Shown here piece by piece: positions 49,264 to 64,000 of a stretch of DNA of 64,000 bases. The translations under genes were made by a program, and so were the position numbers. Within the stretch, counting starts at the first letter, position 1. Each line of letters begins with the position of its first letter. The notes under the pieces are model-generated. The model saw only the letters and a list, made by a program, of their open reading frames with translations. It searched no databases and was not told the DNA's origin. Origin of the DNA: the human T2T-CHM13v2.0 reference genome, Homo sapiens; the NCBI RefSeq assembly GCF_009914755.1, contig NC_060947.1; one strand, 5' to 3'.

Positions 49264-52200
49264 GGAGTGGGGTGGGGGGGAATGTTTCATTCTGCAAACA
49301 AAACAAAACAAACAAACAACAACAACAAAAAACAAAAAACAGTGATCCATGCAAACCATTCCTCAAAATTCTAGCTAGGCATCAATAAAATGGTGCAGAG
49401 GAAAGTAAGATTTACATTTTTAATGTCTGTGCTTAATTACATCCTTTAAAACCCACTTCACAAAATTCTTGCTAAAAGTCATAGTTAAGTTACGGCTTAC
49501 TCTGATACAGATCTGCACTGAAGGACTGTTAATAAGTCCCAGTTCCTATGGATATGGACATGAGCCACAGTTGACCAGGGGTTAATTTTATAACATGAGA
49601 GAAAAATTCTTCTGAACCTTGGAATGGGCAGATGAGGGAGAGGCAGAGCCCTCCTCATACTCCCCATCGTTTTGCAAGGCTGAGTTTCCCCAACCCTGGC
49701 AACTGGCCATGAAGTCTTCAAGCAGCATGTTATGCAATATGAAGCATGCCATTTTCAGTAAAAGCAAAACAAAAACAAAAACTCCTCCTCACCCATTATC
49801 TAAAGCCCTAGCACCTGGGCCACATGCCCTACAATTTATTACCATTTAATAGGCTCTTTGTTATTTAGAAAAGTTTTGTTGACAAATGTAAAGATTTCAA
49901 TGTGTACTTCCTCTTCCAGGTCAGTTCCTGGAGCTTTAAGTAAAACTTGTCTCAGTCCTAATTTTGGAGTGAAAGCCACTATGTTGCTATTCAGAGAATT
50001 ACCTGTGTTTATCCCTTACCCTTTGTTTCCTGCCTCAAAGTCAATCATAATATTTGACGAAACAGTCCCACAATTCCATGGTGTGCCAGTTACTTTGAGT
50101 TTCCTTGGCTTGGTGTGAACCCCCCCATCAACTGCCCCCCGCCACCAAGAAAGCTTTTTGAAAACCTAAATAGATCACGTGCAATGGTTTTCCATTCTCT
50201 ACATATGCATTAGCCACCTGAGAAACACAAGGTCACTAGCAAAGCACAGATTCCCCTTATTTAACGAAGTTGCCTTTCCTGGAAGACTGAGTTTGCTTAA
50301 GTTTTCAATGTCCTCAGCCTTTATTATAGACTCTACCAGCTTGCCTTTATTAGTGAGGCACCCCAGGTCTGACTGGGACTTATCCTAGTGGCTTCTTAAC
50401 ACCATTTGATTCTCCAATCTCACCTTTCAGAACCTTTCCTTTAGAATCAGACCTGTTAATTAACTACATTTGATTTATTCATTATGATTAGAAAATCCAC
50501 TATATTTACCACTTCGTGAACTAGTTACTTCAACTAGACCACTGCAAGAGATTATCTGGGAATGGAACTCTGCCCTAACATTTTCCCCAAGTCTAAGTCA
50601 AAGATTTGATTCACTTCTCCCAAACTAACCTTTGACCCGATTTGGCAACACAAAAACATTGTTGGTGCTTAATGCAGTATTTATCAAGTGACTCTTATGT
50701 GCCAGATGCCATCCATCAGTGCAGAAAATACAAATGGCTTGGTCTCCGCCCTCTTGAAAATTACAAGATGAACAGACATGGATTTTATTGTTGTTCTCTA
50801 GGCTTTTTCTCTCTCCTTCTTACTCTATAATGTGAATTCCTCCAACCCCCTCCCCACCACAAGATCTCTGAGGTCCTCTAATCTTATCTTGGAACAACTC
50901 AAGTCCAAAAGACAGGAGAGATGATGCTAAATCAGGCAAATCAACTCAACCCATGTTTCTTCTCACTTTGGAACTTCAACAGATGTGCCATAGGAGGTGC
51001 CTTTGGACAAAGTAGGAGAGAGTCACACACTCAGATATAACCTATACATTGCCATATATACTATGTCCATTTTTGAGACAACCAAAACTACTGAAGGCAT
51101 TATCTCGGACTCAGAGCAAAATCTGACAAGGCAAGGGTGAATAAAACTCCTTGGGGACCTAGTTCTGCTGCCTTTCTTGGTCAACAAAGCAAAATCGGCA
51201 GAACAAAGACTTCCCACACACATGCTGTTTCATTTCCTTGGTTTGACAAATCAGAAGTCACTAAACATTCAAATCTCCTTTTAAGAAAAAAAAAAAAAAC
51301 TCAGACAATGTTAGTGCTTTGATTTTTAAAGGCCCTAACCTGGTCACTTGATAACAAGCTTCCCTAAACTTATATTTGGATAGTCAATAAATTATTGGCA
51401 TAGCTCCGTTCAATTTTTGTAGTAGAGGTCTCACCAGAGGAGAGCTTCTATGCCCTCAAGTGACTGATATATACTCAACAACGAACAATTTGAGATACCA
51501 CCCAGTGCCTCTCCACACACTAGGAATAATCCCTGTTTTTTTCTAGGCTCTAAAAAACCCTGATAAAAAGGTGCCTGAACTCAAAGGCAAGGTATTGATT
51601 AGCCAATTCTTCAACTGGGCTGCCATCCAGCCACCCGCCATTTTCCTCTGGTTTCTTAAGTACCACAGGGAAGGAAAAATAAAGCCAGATCTTAGGTGCT
51701 ATATTAAAGTATTAATGTGTCTACTTATGACATAAAAAAATTTACTTCCTTAGAGAAGAAGATGGAAAAGTTATTGCCTCTTTGTCAGCAAGTGACACAG
51801 AAAAGAGAGAAACCAGTCATTTACTACACATTCAAGTAAGGCCTGTTCAATTCCTAGTCATCTTCAGATAACCCTAACCATACCAGGGCCCTCTTAGGCA
51901 CCACTGGGCCAAAGAGATAGATACAAATGCTCCAGAAAGTGCGCTGCAAGTGTCCTGGACTTCTTTACTGCAGAACTAACCAAGAATGAAACGGCTGCAT
52001 CTTACCATTTTTGCTTTGGGTATGAATGAAAGGATAGGAGCCACTCTAATTTGAGCCTGTAAGAACTTAGGGTTGCTTCCATGGGGCTGATATTGGAGTT
52101 ACTATACAATGTAATGCCTGTCACAGGACCTAAGAGAAACATCAGCACTTCAGAAATCTGGCCCACAGACAAGCTTGAGACCGGATGCTCACAAATTGAA

Positions 52201-53311
52201 AGTATCAGACAGCTTTCTCTGACCTGGTGCAACTGGGTGAGTGGGTGCTCATTCCGTTACTTCAATGTCTAGCTTGCCCTCTCTAACTCTTTTTGGTAAT
52301 GGGCCAACTGCTCACTCATAAACCAATTGATTTGGTCAAACACTTGATCCCAAAGAAGTTCCAATTACTCCTCTACTCCTAGAATGTGGCCTGTCAGCTA
52401 CTTTAGGATGAGCAACAAACATGGGGGATGGGGAAGTTCTTTCTCTCTTACTCCTGCACATTAGAGGCCTGAAGGAGTGAGAGAAAAAGAAATGGAAGGA
52501 AATGGGTCAAAGGAGAAAGGGAGAAAAAAAAGACAGTATATATGACCAAGGGCCCAGGAGTGGGAGAGTCACCTACAACTGATGCAAGTGGTGATCAGGC
52601 ACCAGGGTCTTTCGTTCTGTGGTAACTCCCATCAAGCACAGGGACACGTTTTTCTCCCTAGTTTCCATTACACAGAGCCTGCAGATGGCACGCAGCATTA
52701 CTACTGCAATTATTGACTATAATTATCATGAAAAGTCTTTGATGTGATAGCAAAAATTATTAAAATAGCCTTTCTTAGAAAAGAAGGGCAATAAATACAA
52801 CCTCATTTGGAAAATTCAAGGACCTAATTTTGTACCAGGACCTTCTGCCAGCAAAGAGTAAGTTACTTTAATATACTTATTTTTAGCCCCTCTCCTTGAG
52901 GATGTTTCATCCTATGTGGAAAACACATAATGGTATGCAGTTCGGGATATACTTTAAGAGTACACTTAAAGGTACTTCAAAGGAAAATAAAAAAATAAAC
53001 CTTCTCCTTTCAGATACACGCATATTTACATAAGCTCCTAGTTTTTCCTGATCCCACAGTAACCAATGAGAGGCAACTGTTTTTTAAACTGCCTTCAAGG
53101 ATGAGAACAAATATGACAACTGAATTAAATGTCGGTCTTGTTTTAAAGATAATACTTGGCAGCAGTGCTGTGCTTATCGGTTTGAAATAGTAAACACTGT
53201 AGTGTACTTTAAAAAGTATCAGTACCAGAAGTATGAAAGAACAGAGAACAGCCCACTTTGTTCTCTTTATCTTTCACTGGATCATAAACCATGCAAGGTC
53301 ATGTTTTATTT

Positions 53312-53631
<320 letters not shown>

Positions 53632-54409
53632 ATGTTTTATTTTTTTAATCTAGCTACTCTTATGTTTTAACTCTGAGTCAAGACAGCATAATCCTAAATT
53701 GTATGCAATGCTACAGCAGCACATACATTAAATCATATTCTGAAATCAGTTTCAATGTGGGGAAGAACGGCCTTTCAAAGGCTGAAGCCAAATTAAATGT
53801 CCAGCATTATAAGACCTGATTTTTCCAAATGAACTGCCTAAATAAGAATGAGTTCTACCAGGCTATCCAGAAAGCATGCTTATGTTTTTGCCCATGAGTG
53901 TTTCTATTAATATTTTTTATATATGACAATTAACATAGGCCAGTACAAAGACCAACTAACCTAACCCAAATTTACTTGACTAGAGTTAAGTTCAGTCATG
54001 CAGAATGACTATACTAGAACTGCATGAGCTTGAAAAAGAACAATAGTTCAATCTCGAGTTTCATAAATATACATAGGAAAAGGTGCTCAGTAGCACCAAG
54101 TCTGAGCTTCCATTTGGCCGAATGACTTGGTGGTATGGGCAAGTAGAAAATATACTCTTATAAAAAAGCATTGTTTCGTTATTATGAGATGAACCTTCAT
54201 AGCTCCATGATTTGTGGCTACAAACATAACACACTATTACAAAATGAGCCTATATTAAGAAATAGTCATGATGCATTTTGCTTATTGGTTTAAAACTCTT
54301 CTAACAGCACTGACACACTTGGTAGCCTTGGGACCGCATACAGAACCCAAACTTCTTTTTATTCCACCAGTAAGTAGCAGTAAGCAGCAACTTAGAACAA
54401 GAAGGGTCA

Positions 54410-54827
54410 ATGAAAATGTTTTGGATGTGTGCACCATCCAAATTGCATGTTGAAAAGTGACTCCCAGTGTTGGAGATGGGTCCTAGTGGGAGGTGACTGG
54501 GTTGTGTGGGTGGATCCCTCATGAATGGCTTAGCACCATCCCCCGGGAGAAAAGTGAGTTCTTGCTCTGAGTTCCCATGAGACCTGGTTGGTTAAGAGAG
54601 TATGGCACCTCCCCACTCTTTCTCTCTTAATCCCGCTATCACCATGTGACATGCTGTCTCCTACTTTCCCTTCCACCATGATTGAAAGCTCCCTGAGGCC
54701 TCATCAGAAGCAGATGCTGGAGCCATGCTTGTACAAACTGCAGAACCATGAGCCAATTAAACCTCTTTTCTTTATAACTTACCCAGCCTCCAGTATGTCT
54801 TTATAGTGATGCAAAAATGGCGTAACA
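54410..54827. mobile_element. MST-family MaLR solo LTR
   Basis: ...catgttgaaa...cccagtgttggagatggg...ccttccaccatgattgaaagctccctgaggcctc...aaccatgagccaattaaacctcttttctttataa...taaca. Confidence 0.85.
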
Positions 54828-54865
54828 GTCAGGCACTTCAAGAACCAAGAATTTTAGGTTATTCT

Positions 54866-55558
<693 letters not shown>

Positions 55559-55864
55559 CTCCACATCACCAAGGATCCTCAATCAGAACAGTTCAGTAAA
55601 AAACAAATGGATAAATCACAACAAGTGGGAAACTCAAGAGAACAGAAAAGCTTGTCTGGAGCATGATTTACTATCTAACTACATACTGTATAGTATGTAT
55701 GTCAGAACAGTGTGGGAAATTAGCTATAAATGTTTTGACTGGACTCTCTGTTCTGAGTCTCTGAGGTAGGGAGGCATCATGTTATATGGAAAGCATAACA
55801 GCTTCAAAGGTAAATAAGCCCAAGTTCAGGCTAAGTTCTTTCTTAATTAAAAAAATAATTTTTA

Positions 55865-56439
<575 letters not shown>

Positions 56440-56610
56440 TTAGGCTCAGTTCTGTTGCTTACCAACTGTGCAATTTTGAGCCACCCTCCTAACTTCTCTG
56501 AGACTAGTTCATCTTCTGTAAAAGGAGGACAAGAGCAGAACCTACCTCAGAGAGTTGTTAGAAGCATTAAAATTATACAGTATACCTCAATCAATAGCAG
56601 CTATTATTAT
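56440..56610. mobile_element. MIR relic (other half near 55770-55850)
   Basis: ttaccaactgtgcaattttgagc...cctaacttctctgagactagttcatcttctgtaaaagg...acctacctcagagagttgtt. Confidence 0.6.
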
Positions 56611-58499
56611 GAACACTGATATCAGAAGATGCTATATATTTCTCAGAAAGGGGATTCTTTCTATGTTTCAGAGTTCAGCTATGTTTAACCAATGGGGGAG
56701 TGTTTGTTTTCTTGTTGTTTCTATTGTTATCATTACTATTATTTTTAGTCTTTGGAAATATTTATTTCTAAAAATTACAGACCAAATGGAAATTTAGCTT
56801 TATTTAGCAGAAAGACAAAACAGTCCCTTGATAAAAATTCAGGCTACAACCTGCAATACTGCTCTAGGATTATGAGCTACAGAATCTTTTCTTTAGCTTT
56901 TGAAATGGTTCTGTTATGAGCTTTGAGAGATTAAAGAAAAACAAAATATTAAAGGTTGATTCTTATGAGAGTGCCATTATTTTAGGCCAAATAGGTCAAA
57001 TATCAGCAATTTCACATAGTCTGACTGAATATTTTGGGGAATCAACTTAGCAACAATATCCAAAGGTTTCTACAGATAAATATGATTCATTTGCATCCTA
57101 GAATATCTAACTCATGAATAAAATTCAAAAGATTAAGACAAGACACTATTTGCTTGAGTAGATATGCATCTGACTTTACAAAAATATTGTGTGCCCAGAA
57201 TATGCACTGTGTCTGCTGCACTATCCTGACAAATGATCAATTTCTTCCTAATAGCCAATCATTTTGTTGAAAGAACTCTCCGCTCTATGAAATAAAGGCA
57301 GATGCTTTGGAAATTTAGACTGTCTAAGGATAAATGTATGTCAAATAAAAACAAACAAACAAAAATTCCACCCGGAGATGAAGGGAGTTGGCTCCCTATC
57401 ACATCAAAGGAAGGGAGAACAAAGATGGAAATGACAGCTCTCTGTACCATTGTGATGCATTTAAGTGCTGATTTTTTTTATGTTGCTGATGACAGTATAT
57501 CGACCTTAGAGCGTCTGTCAGTTTATCACCGGATCACCTCCCTTATACTCTCTTTATGTCTTAAATATTTCTGTCAAATAGGTCTTCCTCTACTCAGCTT
57601 TAGATTGGTACCATAGATTTCCCTCCATTATCCTCTTACATTTGTGTGTGAAGATTCACAGACATGAATGAAAAAAAAAATCATCAGCATAATACTTACC
57701 TGCCAAGATCTACAGCCAAGATCTGGAGACACGAAAAATGATTACTTCCTGAACAAGTGCTTCTAGAACAGGAGTATGAGGGATGGAGGGGGGAAGGGAA
57801 GAAAGGTCCCAAGAGATACCTGGCCTTGGTCTTGAGTAGTACATAGGACTTAGGACACCAAGTAAGTGTGGATAAACAAATGTGTACTGGTGACCACACA
57901 GCAATATTAAATTTAACAACTTGATGGGAGAGGAAAAGTACAAACCCCATTACATAGTTTTTGCTATATTAGAGTAAGAATCTGTGACAAAAGCAGGGCA
58001 TTACTGAGGGAGTTCGGAAAGTAAACAACCCTCAAGATGCCTGGAGACTGGTTTAAAAAGGGGAAAGAAAAAAACTTACTTATAGTCGCCCCAGAATAAT
58101 TACTTATATTGGCGGGGGAGGTGGTGGGGACTGGAGAGAGAAGAGAACCTTCCTTGTGGTTAAAAGGCAGAAGAAAAAGCAGTGGTGATTAAAGAAAAAA
58201 AAATAGTCCAGAGAAGGAATAGAGAAAATCCTGTAAGGCACAGCAGGTTAAACACAAAATAAAATCTAGGCAGGAGCAACTTGCAAGAGATTGCAAAGGC
58301 TATAGTAAGAGGCTCTTTTGCTCTATCAAAGGGAGGAAGCCAGTTAGAGGAACCACTTAATCACAGTCACAGGGCTAAAATGGAGATGGTGGAGAGACTG
58401 AATGAATTCTTTGTCTTGTAAGGAGATGCGCATTTCCAAACCAGAACACTGAACTCGGCAGGTCAGAGGTACTAGATCAAATAGTGGTAAACATGATGC

Positions 58500-58925
58500 C
58501 CTGCATCTAATCAACAAACCAGGAGTAGATAAATCACTGGGACCAGATGGTATCCACCAGCCAGTTTTGAAGTAACTCAAGGGTGAAACTGTTTTGGCCA
58601 ACATGTGTAGGCTGTCTTTACAAACAGCCACTGTGCCCGAGACTGGTGCTTGTCAATGTAATTCCTATTCATAAGCGGGGTTCTAGAAGGGACCCTGGGA
58701 AGTAGAAACCAGTAAATCTAATTTCCATAATCAAGCAGGCTGGCCAACTTTACGGGAAAGGTGAAATCACTACACATTTATGAAAATAAGGCCTATGCTG
58801 GGGGGGGAGAGAAAACCCAAATATTTTGGCAAAGGAGAAAAATCTAATAAACCAGGACTCTTGGGGTGGGTGGTGCAAGTAGAATATATGAATAAAGGGG
58901 ACCCTGAGGATATGATTTATACAAA
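58500..58925 (+). mobile_element. CR1/L3-clade LINE ORF2 (reverse-transcriptase region) fossil
   Basis: Degenerate translation DKSLGPDGIHQPVLK*L...TATVP(E/D)W...NVIPIHKRGSRRDPGK*KPVNLIS...MNKGDPEDMIY. Confidence 0.8.
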
Positions 58926-60693
58926 GCGTGCTAAAAACACAACAGAAAGTATTATCACGTTATCTACATTACTGTGCATTGTCATTGAATCTTAAAGGAC
59001 ACACACAAATGAGATAAGGAAAATTCAGATGTTAGATAAAAAGGTCAGGGCAATTATTTGCTTTATAAGAGGTTATGAAGACAAATGAAAATAGATTAAG
59101 GTTCAGTGTGCAAAGACAGGAATATTATTTCTTTTAATCAAACATATGGAGAGGCTTTAAAATGGTTGTCTCTTTTATCACCTATTGATATACTAAATTT
59201 ATTCAATAAACAACCCTAGAAGTATAGCAATGGCTTGCTTATACATTACTTCAAATTGTGGGATGACCCACTAAGCAAGGGAAGCCTTGGGTTTGCCGAA
59301 AAAAAAAAAGAAGAAGAAGAAGAAGAAATATTCAAAGTCTGTGAAATTTACTGTAGGAGACTGAAGCCACCCTCTGGAACATAGCCTTTATTTTGTACAC
59401 AAATACTCCAGTTGCACATTTAACCAACTCTACTGTCTGATTTCTAGACATTCAGTTCTGCACTGGGTTAAAAAGGGTCAAAGAGTGAACCCAAATCAAT
59501 GACAGCAGAAGTGACAGCTGAAAAGGAAGGCAGAAGCAACTGCAGCAGAACAGTCTGGGGCCATTTAGCTTAGGGGCAAATAGTTCCTCATACTTCAAAG
59601 AGCCCTAAGGACATTGCTGCATTAGAGCATCATTTATTAAATGATTCTCATAATGGTGACCCTGAGTGTTTTTTAACTGATTACGGTTTTTATCCTTCTG
59701 TTTAATAAGTTAGGAGAATAAATACTTTAGAAATATTTTCATTGAAATATTTAAAACATGTTTAAAAGACAGTTTGATAGGTAAGGGAAAAATCTCTTAC
59801 TCATAACATTTTCTTTTCATATGAAGTAAGATAACTAAGACATTATTTTAAAGCTATAAGCAAAAGGTCAACAGTTGGTATAGGCTGCAACTTAACAGCT
59901 TCACAAAAGTTCTAGATGTTAGAGAAAACAGACCTAAGAGGTGATTTATTAAGGAAAACTGGTTTGTTTGATATACATTTATAACCTTTGAAATATTCCA
60001 AAAAAGAACATTCATTTTTCTTCTACCTGAGTGTGATGTCCTTGCTGGTGATACGCTACCAGAAAACTGACCCATGCAGCAAGGCTGTTACTTTCAAAGG
60101 GCATCAAATAGCTGGTTCATATTACTAAAAATATCAATCCCAGAAGATATAGAAGAAAAGAGCTAAGTAAACATGAAAATAGGGTTTATATCTTAGAATG
60201 GGCTTATTTATTTCTTGAAACACAGTTTGCCATTTGGGAAGAGAGATTCTGCTAAATACACTTCACACCATTCTTGAGTTCTCTCAAGACAACTTGGACT
60301 CAATGGAGGAAATAGATCCAAAACACTCAAGAAAAAAAAAAAACAAGATGATTAAGTAGCGCCAACTCTCAAACCACATGCCTTAGAACAAGCTGCTGCA
60401 TACACCAGAAAAGCACCATTGCTGGTCTTTGCCATTAAATGTGTAAAGTGCTCCAGGGAAATGAAATGATACAAAACCTGGGTAACCCTGAAGGCTGAAA
60501 TAATAAATTTTCTAGAACACAAAACTGCATAAATTGTATCGTTCATTTTCCTGTAAATTAGAGTGCCCGAAAGCAAAAGTTGCTCTTCTCTCAAAAAGAG
60601 AAAGAATGAGGAGGCAGGATTCTGAGTAAGAAAAAAACTCCAAAACAAATTAAATACAATAATAGAAGCAAAGAGCTTGAAAAATATAGACAA

Positions 60694-61020
60694 GGCCCAA
60701 TGCAATGGCTCATACCTGTAATCCCAGCACTTTGGGGAGTCTGAGGCGGGAGGATTGCTTGAGCTCAAGAGTTCAAGACCAGCCTGGGCAACAGATTGAG
60801 ACCTCGTCTCTATATAAAACTTAAAAATTAGCTGGGCATGGTGGGGTGCGCCTGTGGTCTCAGTTACATAGGAGACTGAGGCAGGAGGATCACTTGAGCC
60901 CAGGAGGTCGAGGCTTCAGTGAGCTGTAATTGAGCCACTGCACTCCAGCCTGGGTGACAGAGTAAGACTCTGTCTCAAAAAAAAAAAGAAAGGAAGGAAA
61001 GGGGAGGAGAGGAGAGGAAG
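60694..61020 (+). mobile_element. AluJ-like with purine-rich tail
   Basis: Dimeric Alu consensus. Confidence 0.92.
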
Positions 61021-61949
61021 GAAAAATACAGACAGAGAAGGGAACAGAAGAGGCAAGGAAAAACAGTGGGTCACTCATTTTTGTTCTAAAAATGTCAATG
61101 TACCAAATGTCACATGCCATATCTGTGCCCTACATGTAACATAAACATAATACAAATGTTCTACATTTGAAAGAACAAGTTAAGAATGGTTTTACAATTT
61201 TAAATGGCATTGATTTTGAGATTGAACTTTGATATAAACCCAGCACTGCTCCCAGTTTATAAGGCATTTTATAAATGGACATGTGTGTGGTCATAGATGG
61301 CACTTAGCACTGATATTTGGGGATCATTTCTTTAGAACAATGCCTTCTTAACATTTCCTACTTCTTAGCAGAATCAGACACTAACAGCACCAGAGTAATG
61401 CCCTGGTAAAGGGATGAAAAGCTTACAATATTGCCAGCATTTCTGGAAGGAACAAACATCCTCTGTCAGAGTTGTCCTGAAAACAGCCCTGTGTGATGGC
61501 TCACACAATCTTTATTTCATGAAAACCTACACAATGATGACTTTTCAGTGAAAGCTCGTAAACTACTTGTTTCCTCTCTGAGTGATGAATGAGTGCTGCT
61601 GTGGTCCTAGAAGAGGTTTCTGGGCTCCCTCAAGCTCCCATCCATTGCACAGCTGTCTCCCACTACAAAGAACAGGTAAATCCGGACAAAAAAGCCAGGC
61701 TGACGGTAGAATGGGGCAAAAGGGTGTTCCTTCTGGAAAAGCAAATGTCAGCTACGATTTGCTATTCTGACAGAGAGCTGGGAATGCCATGGCAGAGAGG
61801 CCAAGGAGTGTCTGGCTAAGCTGTAGTCAAAACCCTGCCTTGTTCAGTATTAGGAATTAACCACACATGCACATCCTTGCCCTGAGGAATGTTTATTTCT
61901 GTGTTTTAAAATCTTTTATTATTATCATTTTTTAGTTATTTTTAGTGCT

Positions 61950-62103
61950 TTTGTTTTCTTTTGTTTTGTTTTGTTTTTTGCAGGAATGAGGTCTCACTAT
62001 GTTGCCCAGGCTGGTCTAGAATTCCTGGGCTCAAGTGATCCACCTGCCTCAGTCACCCTAAAGTGCTGGGATTACGGGCATGAACCACCACACCTGCCTG
62101 GCC
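61950..62103 (-). mobile_element. FLAM-like Alu monomer
   Basis: Single left-arm type unit; degenerate TSD tatttctgt(g)ttttaaa. Confidence 0.8.
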
Positions 62104-62429
62104 TATTTCTGTTTTTAAACATACAGCTCTTTTTTCTCTTGTCCTTCCCCAAACACTCTCAATCATTTAATTATGAAAAGGATATACAGTTTTTCTCATT
62201 CCTCTCTTCCCAACATCTATCTACAAGGTTGCACAGTAGAAATGCATTTGATCAGGACGAGAACCCTGGTCTCCTGTGGTCCAGCTTTTGATTTTCTTTT
62301 TCCCCAACCCTCATCAGCTAGGCAAACCATGCTGTTAGCATTAGAGTACTACAAATCTGAAACTCAAGTGAATAATGTCCTGCTGGGCATGTTGCTTGCT
62401 CCCCTCTCCAGAAATTGCCCCCCCATCAT

Positions 62430-63120
62430 GTTTTAAAATTTAATTCACATATTGTACAATACACTCATTTAAAGTGTACACTTCATTGAGTTTTAGTATA
62501 TTCACAGGGCTGTGCAACCATCACCACTATCTAATCCCAGAACATTTCCATTACACCAAAAAGAAATCCTGTGCCTATCAGCAGTCACCCCTCCAACCCT
62601 TCCCCAACACACACACCAGCCCTGGGCAAGCATAATCTATTTTCTGTCTCTATGAATTTGCCTATTTTGTACATTTCACATAAAAAGATTCATGCATATT
62701 GTAATCTTTCTGAACTGGCTTTTTTCATAAAACATAGTGTTCCAAGGTTCATCCATGTTGTAGCATGTATCAGTACTTCATTCTTATTTATGGTTGTATA
62801 ATATTCCATTTCATGGGTATGCCACATTTTGTTTATCTATTCAACAGTTGATATTGATATTTAGGTTGTTTCCACCTTTTGGCAACTGTGACTAATGCTG
62901 CTACCAACATGTCTATATTATTTGATTTTTATTCTGATGCTGTATATATTTGATATAGAAACCCTTTTAGAACACTAAAATCTCAAGAATTTCCAAAGTT
63001 AGAATGAGTCCCAACCCCCACCCCAGTATAGGGTTTCAATTCTCTTGGGTTTATACCTAGCAATGGAATTGCTTGGTCATACGGACCAAAAATTCTGTTA
63101 CACTTTCTGAGGAAATGCCA
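62430..63120 (-). mobile_element. L1MB/ME-type 3' region
   Basis: catttaaagtgtaca...ttttagtatattcacag...gtgcaaccatcaccac...aggttcatccatgttgtagcatgtatcagtacttcattc...atacctagcaatggaattgct. Confidence 0.8.
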
Positions 63121-64000
63121 TTCACAGACATTCTGGAGTGAAGAATTCCATCTGGACTGGCCTCAAATTTAAGCTTAACACAAGTTATTGGTCTCCACAA
63201 GCTGATGTTTCATACTGCTCAGGCAACCAGAAACAACAATAGCATTTAAATTGGAAGTGATGACCAAAACAAAACAAAACAAACTCCAAAACAAGGGTTT
63301 TAATCCCTCAAATAAGAAAACACACTTAAATTTAGTCACTACTTCCTGTTTTCAACCTAAAATTTAGACAGGGCATTCTGAACTTCAATATACACACATA
63401 ATTGTAAAAGTAGAATGAAATAGTAAATAAGAATCAGATAACCTTCTGTTTAATAACTTTCATGTGAATTACATCTTTCAGAAATGGTAAAGAGAACACA
63501 TAATCAACTCTCAGGATCAGAACACAACAAATTATTCCAAAGATATCTAGACACGAATGCTGCTGAAAATCTAAGAATACTCACTGTTCCAAACACAGCT
63601 AAAAAACGTGCTTCCTAGTAGCTAAGAAATTTAAGACTGTTTCATTCTATATCAAGATGTTCTACTAATACAGCGAGTGCAAACATTATCAACTTATTTT
63701 AGAAGCCTGGCATGGGTGGGTAAAATGTCATTCTTGTCAAAAGATGGTGGGAGGCAGCAATTGGCCTTTCTGGGGGGAGTCACAGAGCTTGTTGATTTCT
63801 TTTCTCTCTGAAAATTCTTTTTATTCATTACTCAGGCTGCTGGGCAGAGCATTTTCCCTGATTACAGCTGTGGAATTTTAGCTCCAAAGCCAAGTAAGTT
63901 TTTTTTGTTAAAGCTTCTCAATTTTTTTTTCTTAATGTTTTATTTTATTGCAACTGCAGTTTTGGTGGCTGCCTGTAGACACACCCTGTGGTTTCCACCT

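Noticed and set aside
57692-57702. atacttacctg as a U1 snRNA pseudogene start
   Set aside because: The match ends after 11 nt; better explained as a minus-strand splice donor.

Overview
Primate (almost certainly human) genomic DNA containing most of the glypican-4 gene (GPC4) on the minus strand. Coding exons 2-9 lie at 38108 down to 1631, all with GT-AG boundaries. They total 1511 nt; adding the expected 160-nt coding part of exon 1, which lies beyond the right edge, gives 556 codons plus stop. Positions 1-1630 are 3' UTR and 38109-64000 are part of the long intron 1. The introns are rich in repeats: about 25 Alu or Alu-monomer elements (one a young AluYb8), MIR/L2/L1M relics, Tigger4a, MER5A, a MER51-like LTR nested in a MER57-like LTR, two tandem MST LTRs and a CR1/L3 reverse-transcriptase fossil. 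I found no support for a wholly new multi-gene system; the non-GPC4 ORFs look like chance or repeat-derived frames. The best leads are two short stop-free in-frame introns, a candidate poison exon in intron 1 with a perfect U1-complementary donor, several local templated duplications, and a tail-to-tail inverted Alu pair. Repeat subfamily names come from recalled consensus features and repeat boundaries are approximate.
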